From assembly GCA_049520815.1 (NCBI GenBank), contig JBEKPL010000002.1, positions 14,654-78,653 on the forward strand: a stretch of DNA of 64,000 nucleotides. Direction: 5' to 3'. Of the stretch, positions 31,514-39,116 are shown piece by piece. Made by a program: the position numbers and the translations under genes. Under the pieces are notes generated by a model. The model saw only the letters and a program-made list of their open reading frames with translations. It was not told the DNA's origin and did not search any database. Source of the DNA: Candidatus Limnocylindrales bacterium (GTDB taxonomy: Bacteria; Chloroflexota; Limnocylindria; Limnocylindrales; CSP1-4). The number at the start of each line of letters is the position of its first letter. Within the stretch, counting starts at the first letter, position 1.

Positions 31514-31858
31514 CTACCGGTCGGTGCCGTACCGAGAGTCCCGCTGACGTCCTGAATACACGTTGCGCTGCCGTGCGCGCGGTTCATTGCTGCCTCGCGA
31601 GCACGGGGCCAAGCGACCATCGCCCGGCGAATTGAACCAGTTGTGTCCGCCGCGTCTCACCCAGTCAACGGATCTTAGCAGATGGGCGCCGGCCAGCGAG
31701 TGTCGGAAGGCCCGATCCTCTAGATACCGGCCCCACTCCACGCCCAGATTCTCCGTCATGCTGGCCGGGAAGGTACAATAACTGCCCGACTGCCAAGGCC
31801 TAGCTACCATCCGCTGCGGTCGGATATCGATATGCTCTGGGCCGTACCATCCGCGCAT
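31514..31858 (-). CDS. Hypothetical 114-aa ORF (possibly spurious or a gene remnant)
   Basis: Co-oriented with the FkbM gene. No motif recognised. Many A/T-ending codons. Its 5' part coincides with repeat copy 2. Confidence 0.2.
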   Translation of the reverse strand: MRGWYGPEHIDIRPQRMVARPWQSGSYCTFPASMTENLGVEWGRYLEDRAFRHSLAGAHLLRSVDWVRRGGHNWFNSPGDGRLAPCSRGSNEPRARQRNVYSGRQRDSRYGTDR

Positions 31859-31897
31859 GCCGTTACAAGAGCAGAGCGAGACGAATAGCCACGAGGC
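31772..31897 (+). repeat. Copy 2 of the ~120-bp diverged direct repeat upstream of a plus-strand operon
   Basis: See copy 1. It ends about 20 nt before ATG 31916. Confidence 0.65.
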
Positions 31898-31915
31898 CAG
31901 GAATCACGGGAGACC

Positions 31916-32950
31916 ATGCTCCCATGGCGAAAGCGAAGCATGAGGGTCGCGGTCATCGGCTGCGGTCTGATCGGCACGCGCCGAGCGAAAGTCGCAGTCG
32001 ACTCGGGTGACGAGGTCGTCGTTGTTGCCGACATCTCCGCAGACCGCGCCCAAGCTGTAGCCGAGGCAACACGGTCAAAATGGACCGTGTCCTGGCCGGA
32101 GATCGTTTCTCGCGACGACATTGACGTCGTGGTCGTGTCCACATCCAACGATCTTCTCGCTGAAGCCTCGATCGCGGCACTGGAGTCGGGCAAGCACGTC
32201 TTGTGCGAGAAACCATTGGGCCGCAACGCCGCAGAAGCCACCGCGATCGTCGCAGCGGCCCAGGCGGCGGGGCGGCTACTCAAGGTCGGGTTCAACCACC
32301 GCCATCACCCGGCAATCGCCGCTGCGCGCGAGCTGGTGGGCGAAGGCGCAATTGGTGATGTTTTCGCGATCCGGGCGCTGTACGGGCACGGTGGCCGGGC
32401 GGGGTACGAGCGAGAATGGCGAGCGAACCCGGCTCGTTCGGGGGGTGGCGAGCTCCTGGACCAGGGCGTCCATATCGTGGATCTGGCGCGCTGGTTCATC
32501 GGGGAGATAGCTCAGGCCCAGGGCTACGTCGGAACATATCACTGGCCGATCCAACCGGTCGAGGACAACGCGTTCGCGCTCCTGCGCGCTAGCAGTGGTG
32601 GCATCGTGTCGTTCCACACGAGTTGGACTCAATGGAAGAACGCCTTCCGTTTCGAGGTACTCGGAACCGGCGGCTATCTTCGAATCGACGGACTTGGCGG
32701 CTCTTACGGTACCGAGCGCTTGACCCTCGCGAAGCGGAACGAGGACTCCTCGCCGCCCGTGGAGGAAACAACTTCATTCGAGGGCCCAGACCAGTCATGG
32801 CGCAGCGAGTGGCAGGAGTTCTCGACGGCGATCGGGCAGAACAGGCAACCCCTCGGCAACGGCGACGACGGTCTTGCGGCTGCGCGCATTCTCGACGCGA
32901 TCTACGAATCCGCCGCGTCGGGAAATGCCGTCGAGGTGGCTCACGCATGA
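31916..32950 (+). CDS. Gfo/Idh/MocA-family NAD(P)-dependent oxidoreductase
   Basis: 'MRVAVIGCGLIGTRRAKV' Rossmann N-terminus and 'GKHVLCEKPL'. Start is ATG 31916 or 31940. Confidence 0.85.
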   Translation: MLPWRKRSMRVAVIGCGLIGTRRAKVAVDSGDEVVVVADISADRAQAVAEATRSKWTVSWPEIVSRDDIDVVVVSTSNDLLAEASIAALESGKHVLCEKPLGRNAAEATAIVAAAQAAGRLLKVGFNHRHHPAIAAARELVGEGAIGDVFAIRALYGHGGRAGYEREWRANPARSGGGELLDQGVHIVDLARWFIGEIAQAQGYVGTYHWPIQPVEDNAFALLRASSGGIVSFHTSWTQWKNAFRFEVLGTGGYLRIDGLGGSYGTERLTLAKRNEDSSPPVEETTSFEGPDQSWRSEWQEFSTAIGQNRQPLGNGDDGLAAARILDAIYESAASGNAVEVAHA

Positions 32951-33678
32951 AGGCGATGCTGCTCGCCGCAGGACTTGGAACTCGCCTGTACCCGCTCACG
33001 GCGGATCGGCCGAAGTGCATGGTCTCCGTGGCCGGCCGCGAGGTCCTGATCCGCAATATCGACTGGCTTCGCTCGAATGGGATCCATGACCTGGTGATCA
33101 ATCTCCATCATCACGCGGAAGCGGTAGTGGACTCCATCGGTGACGGGTCGCGCCTGGGCGTGAGCGTGGCATATTCTCGCGAGCCAGAGTTGCTGGGTAC
33201 CGCCGGAGGGGTCCTGGCTGCGCGATCCCTGCTCGGGGACGAAACGTTCATCGTCGTCTACGCGGATAACCTGTTCGATGTCAGACTTCGGGCAGTGGTT
33301 GATGAGCATCGCCATTTCGGAGCGGAGGCCAGCATGCTGCTACTGGAGCGTCCGGATGTGAGCAGCAGTGGAGTGGCCGTGCTCGACGATGCCGGGTGGA
33401 TCACGGAATTCCAGGAGAAGCCCCGGCCGGGAACAGAGAGGAGCCACTGGGTGAACGCCGGCCTCTTGGTCTGCGAGCCTGAGTTGTTCGAAGTCATTCC
33501 CGGTGCAACCCCCAGCGACCTGAGCCTCGACGTCATGCCGAAGCTGGCGGAGCGTCAGCACGCGCTGCGAGGCCACCGTCTGGCACATGGCGAGCGCGTG
33601 ATGTGGATCGATACCATGGATGACCTAAGGGCGACCGAGGCAATGCTGGCAACCACAAGCGGCAGGGGTGGCCGATGA
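32947..33678 (+). CDS. hddC: Sugar-1-phosphate nucleotidylyltransferase (D-glycero-alpha-D-manno-heptose-1-P guanylyltransferase-like)
   Basis: Motif 'MKAMLLAAGLGTRLYPLTADRPKCMV'. ATGA overlap with the upstream gene. The operon context includes hddA, gmhA and gmhB. Confidence 0.75.
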   Translation: MKAMLLAAGLGTRLYPLTADRPKCMVSVAGREVLIRNIDWLRSNGIHDLVINLHHHAEAVVDSIGDGSRLGVSVAYSREPELLGTAGGVLAARSLLGDETFIVVYADNLFDVRLRAVVDEHRHFGAEASMLLLERPDVSSSGVAVLDDAGWITEFQEKPRPGTERSHWVNAGLLVCEPELFEVIPGATPSDLSLDVMPKLAERQHALRGHRLAHGERVMWIDTMDDLRATEAMLATTSGRGGR

Positions 33679-34664
33679 TCCTGACCAGGGCGCCGCTCCG
33701 CATCGCGCTCGGCGGTGGCGGCACCGATCTCCCTTCCTACTACGAGCAGCACGGCGGCTTCATTCTCAGCGCCGCCATCGACAAGTACGTGTACGTCTAC
33801 CTGAATAGGCCGGCGGCCGACGATCTCATCAGGGTCAAGTACACGCGTTACGAGGAAGTCACCACGCCCTCCGAAGTCCAGCACGATCTCGTGCGTCCCG
33901 CCCTGATCGAATTGGGAATACCGGGGAACATAGAGATCACGTCCATGGCGGACGTCCCCGCGGGAACCGGACTGGGCTCGTCGGCGACGTACCTGGTCGC
34001 GCTTCTAACCGGCCTGCATGAGTTGAAGCGCGAACGTATTCCCACACACGCACTCGCCGAAGAGGCTTGCCATATCGAGATGGACCTTGCCGGGCACGCC
34101 GTTGGCAAGCACGACCACTACATGGCGGCTTTCGGCGGCATTACGTGCCTGGAGATCGAGCGGGATGGTCGTGTCACCGTAACCCCGCTGGACATCTCCC
34201 CTACGGCAGCAGCCGAGCTTCGGCACAATGTCCTGCTCTTCTTCACGGGCATTACCAGGAGCGCCAACACCATCCTGGCGGAACAGAAGCGCGACACGGC
34301 CTCGGCCCAACCGGACGTTGTCGAGAGCCTGCACCGGACCAAGGAGTTGGGACGGCAAGTCAAGTCCGCGCTCGAAGCCGGTCGAGTCGACGAGTTCGGC
34401 GTGATCCTGCACGAACACTGGGAAAACAAGAAGCGCCGATCGGCCCTCATCAGCAATCCCGATGTCGATCGCTGGTATGGGATCGCCCGCGACTGCGGTG
34501 CCTTGGGCGGGAAGCTCGTTGGCGCGGGGGGAGGAGGGTTCCTCCTGCTCTACTGCCCGGGAACCGCAAAGGCCGCAGTGCGCGAGGCGCTTGGCCGCGA
34601 AGGGCTCCGCGAGATGCCCTACGCGTTCGACTACGACGGCGCCAAGGTGATGCTGAACGTATGA
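33675..34664 (+). CDS. hddA: GHMP kinase, D-glycero-alpha-D-manno-heptose-7-phosphate kinase-like
   Basis: 'MILTRAPLRIALGGGGTDLPSYYEQHGGFILSAAIDKYVYV' and 'PAGTGLGSSAT' (GHMP motif II). ATGA overlap. Confidence 0.8.
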   Translation: MILTRAPLRIALGGGGTDLPSYYEQHGGFILSAAIDKYVYVYLNRPAADDLIRVKYTRYEEVTTPSEVQHDLVRPALIELGIPGNIEITSMADVPAGTGLGSSATYLVALLTGLHELKRERIPTHALAEEACHIEMDLAGHAVGKHDHYMAAFGGITCLEIERDGRVTVTPLDISPTAAAELRHNVLLFFTGITRSANTILAEQKRDTASAQPDVVESLHRTKELGRQVKSALEAGRVDEFGVILHEHWENKKRRSALISNPDVDRWYGIARDCGALGGKLVGAGGGGFLLLYCPGTAKAAVREALGREGLREMPYAFDYDGAKVMLNV

Positions 34665-35800
34665 GCCTCGTCCTCGTCACCGGTGGAGCCGGCTTCATCG
34701 GGTCTCACACGGTCGACCTCCTGCTCGAGAAAGGGTATGAGGTCCGGATCATCGATTCGCTGCAGCCTCGGGTCCACCCCAGGGGCAAGCCCACGTACGT
34801 TCCGAAGGACATCGAGTTCATCCAGGGCGACGTAGCTAACCGCGCCGACATGGAACGGGCTCTCCAGGGCGTGGACTATGTGTTTCACATGGCTGCCTAC
34901 CAGGACTACCTGCCCGATTTCAGCACGTTCATCCACACCAACACCGAGTCGACTGCTCTGATCTTCGAGCTGGCGGTCTCCGATCCGGACCGTTTCCCGC
35001 TCCGCAAACTCGTCGTGGCGTCATCGCAGTCGGTGTCGGGCGAGGGCAAGTACAAGTGCAACGCTGAGGACACCATCTTCTACCCGGACCCGAGAACGCC
35101 TGATCAGCTCCAGCGCGGCGAGTGGGAGATCCCCTGTCCGACCTGCGGCTCCGCGGCTACGCCGCTCCTGATCGACGAGGCGACCTGCAGCAACCCTGGA
35201 ACCACGTACGGCGTCTCCAAGTACGCCCTCGAGCTGCTGGCTTTCAACCTGGGTCGCCGATACGGCATCGAGACCGCGGCGATGCGCTACACGTACGTCC
35301 AGGGGCCGCGCAACTCGTTCTACAACGCCTATTCGGGCATTGCGAGGCGCTTCGCCCTGCGTATCCGGGCTGGGCTTCCCCCGGTCTGCTACGAAGATGG
35401 GCTCCAGAGACGCGACTACGTGAATGTTCGGGACGTCGCCAGAGCCAACCTCATCGCCCTCGAGAACCCACTGTCGAACGGCCTGGCGTTCAACGTCGGT
35501 GGTGGCCGCGCCGTCACGGTTCTCGAGTTCGCCAGGATGATGCTCGACGCCTCGGGTAGTAACCTGGAGCCGATGGTGCCCGGCGAGTATCGGCTTGGTG
35601 ATACCCGCCACACCGTGAGTGACCTCACGAGGATGCGGTCGCTTGGCTGGGAGCCTCACACCCCGGTCGAAGACAATGTTCGCCAGTACCTCGAGTGGCT
35701 CGATACGCAGGTGGGCACGGACGAATACCTGCTGGAAGCCGAGCGGGTGATGAAGGAGATGGGAGTCGTGCGCAAGGTTGACCGCAAGGTACGACCATGA
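34661..35800 (+). CDS. NAD-dependent epimerase/dehydratase (extended SDR) with a Cys-rich insertion
   Basis: Motifs 'LVLVTGGAGFIGSHTVDLLLEKGY' and 'YGVSKYA'. The insert is 'KYKCNAEDTIFYPDPRTPDQLQRGEWEIPCPTCGS'. ATGA overlap. Confidence 0.8.
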   Translation: MSLVLVTGGAGFIGSHTVDLLLEKGYEVRIIDSLQPRVHPRGKPTYVPKDIEFIQGDVANRADMERALQGVDYVFHMAAYQDYLPDFSTFIHTNTESTALIFELAVSDPDRFPLRKLVVASSQSVSGEGKYKCNAEDTIFYPDPRTPDQLQRGEWEIPCPTCGSAATPLLIDEATCSNPGTTYGVSKYALELLAFNLGRRYGIETAAMRYTYVQGPRNSFYNAYSGIARRFALRIRAGLPPVCYEDGLQRRDYVNVRDVARANLIALENPLSNGLAFNVGGGRAVTVLEFARMMLDASGSNLEPMVPGEYRLGDTRHTVSDLTRMRSLGWEPHTPVEDNVRQYLEWLDTQVGTDEYLLEAERVMKEMGVVRKVDRKVRP

Positions 35801-35807
35801 GGACGGA

Positions 35808-36401
35808 ATGACCTACACAGACGAGTTCCTCTCCAACTCCAAGAAGATCATCGATCTTCTCGATCGAGAGGCAATCGAGCGCATCGCTTCGGAGCTCGCT
35901 GCCGTTCGAGCTCGTGGCGGTCGCCTATTCATCCTCGGGTCGGGCGGCGGCGCGGGGCATGCCTCGCATGCGGTCAACGACTTCCGCAAGATCGCCGGCA
36001 TCGAAGCGTACGCGCCCACGGACAACGTGTCCGAGCTCACCGCCCGGATCAACGACGAGGGCTGGGAGACGAGCTACTCCAACTGGCTCCGTGTAAGCCG
36101 GATCGAGGCGTCCGATGCGATCCTGATCTTCTCCGTCGGTGGCGGCGATGCCGTTCGCAGCATCAGCGTCAACCTGGTCCGATGCATCGACCTTGCTCGG
36201 GAGGTCGGGGCGACCGTTCTGGGCATCGTCGGCCGCGACGGAGGCTACACCGCTGCCGTCGGCGAAGCCGTCGTGATCGCACCCGTGGACCGCGACACCG
36301 TCACCCCGCAGACGGAGGGCCTCCAGGCGGTCATCTGGCATCTGCTGGTCTCCCATCCGGCCGTTCGTCAGAAGCCTGGGAAATGGGAGTCGGCCACTTG
36401 A
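35808..36401 (+). CDS. gmhA: SIS-domain sedoheptulose-7-phosphate isomerase
   Basis: Motifs 'GGRLFILGSGGGAGHASHAVNDFRK' and 'ILIFSVGGG'. ATG 35808 is preceded by GGACGGA. Confidence 0.8.
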   Translation: MTYTDEFLSNSKKIIDLLDREAIERIASELAAVRARGGRLFILGSGGGAGHASHAVNDFRKIAGIEAYAPTDNVSELTARINDEGWETSYSNWLRVSRIEASDAILIFSVGGGDAVRSISVNLVRCIDLAREVGATVLGIVGRDGGYTAAVGEAVVIAPVDRDTVTPQTEGLQAVIWHLLVSHPAVRQKPGKWESAT

Positions 36402-36958
36402 GCGGTCGGCCTGCGGTCTTCCTGGATCGGGACGGCGTACTGAACCAGAGCCTCATCGGTGCGGACGGCGTGCCCCGGCCACCGGCCGGCCTGGCTCAAT
36501 TCGCGCTTGTCGATGGAGCGGCCGAGGCCTGCTGCCGTCTCGGCGCGCTTGGCTTGCTGCGGATCGTGGTCACGAACCAGCCCGACGTGGCGCGAGGCAC
36601 GCAGCGACGCGAGGTCGTGGAGGCGATCCATCAACGGCTGCGAGAAAGCGTGTCGGTGGACGACATCCGGATCTGCTATCACGACGACGATGACCTCTGC
36701 GATTGCCGGAAGCCGAAGCCGGGCCTGCTGCTGTCGGCTGCGAATGATTGGGGGATCGATTTGGCAGCCAGCTTCATGATCGGCGACCGTTGGCGGGATA
36801 TCGAAGCGGGCCAGCGGGCCGGCTGTACGACGATCCTGATCGACACGCGTACGACCCAGCCTCTTGCGATCGAGCCGACGGTTCGAGTCGAATCACTTTC
36901 GAGCGCTGTAAGCTGGATCAGCGAGCGTGTCGCACGAGCGACGGGAGCAGCCAGATGA
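36383..36958 (+). CDS. gmhB: HAD-IIIA D,D-heptose-1,7-bisphosphate phosphatase
   Basis: Motifs 'AVFLDRDGVLN', 'VVTNQPDVARG', 'CDCRKPKPGLL' and 'IGDRWRDIEAG'. Start is ATG 36383 or TTG 36398 (TTGA overlap). Confidence 0.85.
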   Translation: MGVGHLSGRPAVFLDRDGVLNQSLIGADGVPRPPAGLAQFALVDGAAEACCRLGALGLLRIVVTNQPDVARGTQRREVVEAIHQRLRESVSVDDIRICYHDDDDLCDCRKPKPGLLLSAANDWGIDLAASFMIGDRWRDIEAGQRAGCTTILIDTRTTQPLAIEPTVRVESLSSAVSWISERVARATGAAR

Positions 36959-38253
36959 GGGTCTGCGTTGCCGGCCTCTGGCACCTCGGCACGATCACCG
37001 CGGCGTGCCTGGCGGCTGCCGGCCACGACGTAGTGGGTCACGATCCGGACCCGCAGAGGGTTGAGCTACTGGCGTCTGGCCGGGCACCGATCCAGGAACC
37101 TGGCCTCGACGCGCTCATCGGCGAAGGGCTCGCCAGCGGGAGGCTTCGTTTCTCCTCGGACGCGGCCGGGGCTGCCCGCGAAGCCCAGCTCGTCTGGATC
37201 AGCTACGACACCCCCGTGGACAGTTCTGATCGAGCCGATCCGGACTCGGTGGTCAAGGCCGCGACCGACTTCTTCCCCTCCCTCGGCGCAGGATCGGTCA
37301 TGCTGATCTCATCACAACTGCCGGTCGGAAGCACGCGCCAACTCATGAGATCCTTCGAGCGGCTGGGTGGGGATCGTTCCGTAGCATTCGCCTATAGTCC
37401 GGAGAACCTGAGGCTGGGTACCGCCATCGACTCGTTCACCAAGCCGGAGCGGATTGTCGTTGGCGTGGAGAACCCGAACGGTCGGGCAGTCATCACGGCT
37501 CTTCTCGAGCCTCTCGGAGCGCCGATCGAATGGATGCCTATCGAGGCGGCCGAGATGACGAAACACGCCCTGAACGTATTCCTGGCCACCTCAATCGTCT
37601 TCGCCAATGAGATCGCCGCGATCTGCGAGTCAGTCGGAACCGATGTTGCCGACGTCGTTCGCGCGTTGCGAGGCGATCCTCGCATCGGCCAGCGGGCGTA
37701 TCTCGGCTTCGGGACGGGCTATGCGGGTGGGACTCTTGGGCGCGACGTGACCTACCTGGCCGACCTGATCTCCGAGCGACACCTCGAGGCGCCGCTCTTG
37801 ACCAGCATCAGCCCGAGCAACCGGCATCAGCAGGGATGGGTGCGGCGCGCGCTGCGCTCCCAGCTGGGGGAGTTGCGCGGTCTACGGATTGGGATCTGGG
37901 GTCTTACCTACAAGCCTGGCACGGATACGCTCCGCCGGTCTGCCTCGATCGAGCTGTGTGAGTGGTTGGCGGACCGGGGCGCAATCCCAGCTGCACACGA
38001 TCCGGCCGTGCACGCCCTGCCGCCAGCCCTTGCCGGTCGCATCGACCTGCAGCCTGATGGGCTCAGCGCGGTTCGAGGCGCAGATGCTCTGGTCGTCATG
38101 ACACCGTGGCCGGAGTACCGGCTGGTCCCGCCCGACGCAGTCGTGGCTGAGCTCCGACGGCCTGTCATCGTGGACCCTGCGCGGTTCCTTGCCCTGCTGT
38201 TCGGGACCGATCCCAGGGTTCGGTATTCGGCCGTCGGATTGGCCCGAGCATGA
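36955..38253 (+). CDS. UDP-glucose/GDP-mannose dehydrogenase-family protein lacking the catalytic cysteine
   Basis: 'MRVCVAGLWHLGTITAACLAAAGHDVVGHD' and 'EMTKHALNVFLATSIVFANEIA' fit the family. However, 'GTGYAGGTLGRDVTYL' aligns to the family's 'SFGYGGYCLPKDTKQL' with Thr in place of the catalytic Cys. ATGA overlap. Confidence 0.75.
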   Translation: MRVCVAGLWHLGTITAACLAAAGHDVVGHDPDPQRVELLASGRAPIQEPGLDALIGEGLASGRLRFSSDAAGAAREAQLVWISYDTPVDSSDRADPDSVVKAATDFFPSLGAGSVMLISSQLPVGSTRQLMRSFERLGGDRSVAFAYSPENLRLGTAIDSFTKPERIVVGVENPNGRAVITALLEPLGAPIEWMPIEAAEMTKHALNVFLATSIVFANEIAAICESVGTDVADVVRALRGDPRIGQRAYLGFGTGYAGGTLGRDVTYLADLISERHLEAPLLTSISPSNRHQQGWVRRALRSQLGELRGLRIGIWGLTYKPGTDTLRRSASIELCEWLADRGAIPAAHDPAVHALPPALAGRIDLQPDGLSAVRGADALVVMTPWPEYRLVPPDAVVAELRRPVIVDPARFLALLFGTDPRVRYSAVGLARA

Positions 38254-39116
38254 CGCAGGCACTGCAGGGTCGCTCCGCGCTGATCACCGGGGCGAGCATG
38301 GGACTGGGACTGGCCATCGCTCGCGCCTACCTGGAGGCGGGCGCAAACGTAATCGTCTGTGCTCGCGACAAAGGCCCTCTTGACGACGCGCTCCGCGAAC
38401 TGGCCAGCCTGGCGAAAGAGGGCCAGATCGTGGCCGCTGAGACCGGGGACGTATCCAATCCAAGCGATGCTGATCGGCTTGTCGCGGCCAGCCTGGAGCG
38501 GGTCCCGGAGTTGCACATCCTCGTCAACAACGCCGGGGTCTACGGCCCGAAAGGGACGATCGACGAGGTCGAGTGGGAGCCGTGGGCCGAAGCGATCCGA
38601 GTCAACCTGCTGGGCTCGGTACTCATGGCTCGGGCCGTCCTCCCTCATTTCAAGGCGCACCGGTACGGCAAGATCGTCCAGTTGTCCGGTGGAGGCGCCA
38701 CGGCCCCCCTTCCTCGGATCAGCGCCTACGCGGCCTCGAAAGCAGGGGTCGTCCGGTTCGCCGAAACGTTGGCTGAAGAGGTCCGTGAGTTCGGCATCGA
38801 CGTGAACTCCATGGCGCCCGGAGCTCTCAACACACGACTCCTTGACGAAGTCCTCGAGGCCGGGCCGGAGAAGGTGGGGCGCGAGTTCTACGAGCGCGCG
38901 GCCCGCCAGGCCGCCGAGGGCGGCACATCGTTCGACCGAGGAGCTGGACTGGCCGTGTTCCTTGGGTCGTCCCTGAGTGACGGAATCACCGGTAAGCTGA
39001 TCAGCGCAGTGTGGGACCCATGGGAGACGTTGGCCGCCCATACTGCCGATCTCCAATCAAGTGACGTGTATACGCTGCGGCGCATCGTGCCCAAAGACCG
39101 TGGTTTGGTCTGGTAG
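38250..39116 (+). CDS. Classical short-chain dehydrogenase/reductase (SDR)
   Basis: Motifs 'ALITGASMGLGLAIA', 'NNAG' and 'YAASKAG'. ATGA overlap. Confidence 0.85.
   Translation: MTQALQGRSALITGASMGLGLAIARAYLEAGANVIVCARDKGPLDDALRELASLAKEGQIVAAETGDVSNPSDADRLVAASLERVPELHILVNNAGVYGPKGTIDEVEWEPWAEAIRVNLLGSVLMARAVLPHFKAHRYGKIVQLSGGGATAPLPRISAYAASKAGVVRFAETLAEEVREFGIDVNSMAPGALNTRLLDEVLEAGPEKVGREFYERAARQAAEGGTSFDRGAGLAVFLGSSLSDGITGKLISAVWDPWETLAAHTADLQSSDVYTLRRIVPKDRGLVW

Noticed and set aside
34067-34660. Long 5' extensions of ORFs 34067-35800, 32623-33678, 36182-36958, 36748-38253, 58621-59994, 43982-44983, 46605-48368, 47867-48925, 51126-52430, 52105-53313 and 61242-62777.
   Set aside because: In every case the recognisable family N-terminus starts at an internal ATG or GTG that overlaps or abuts the upstream stop. 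The extension overlaps the neighbouring gene.
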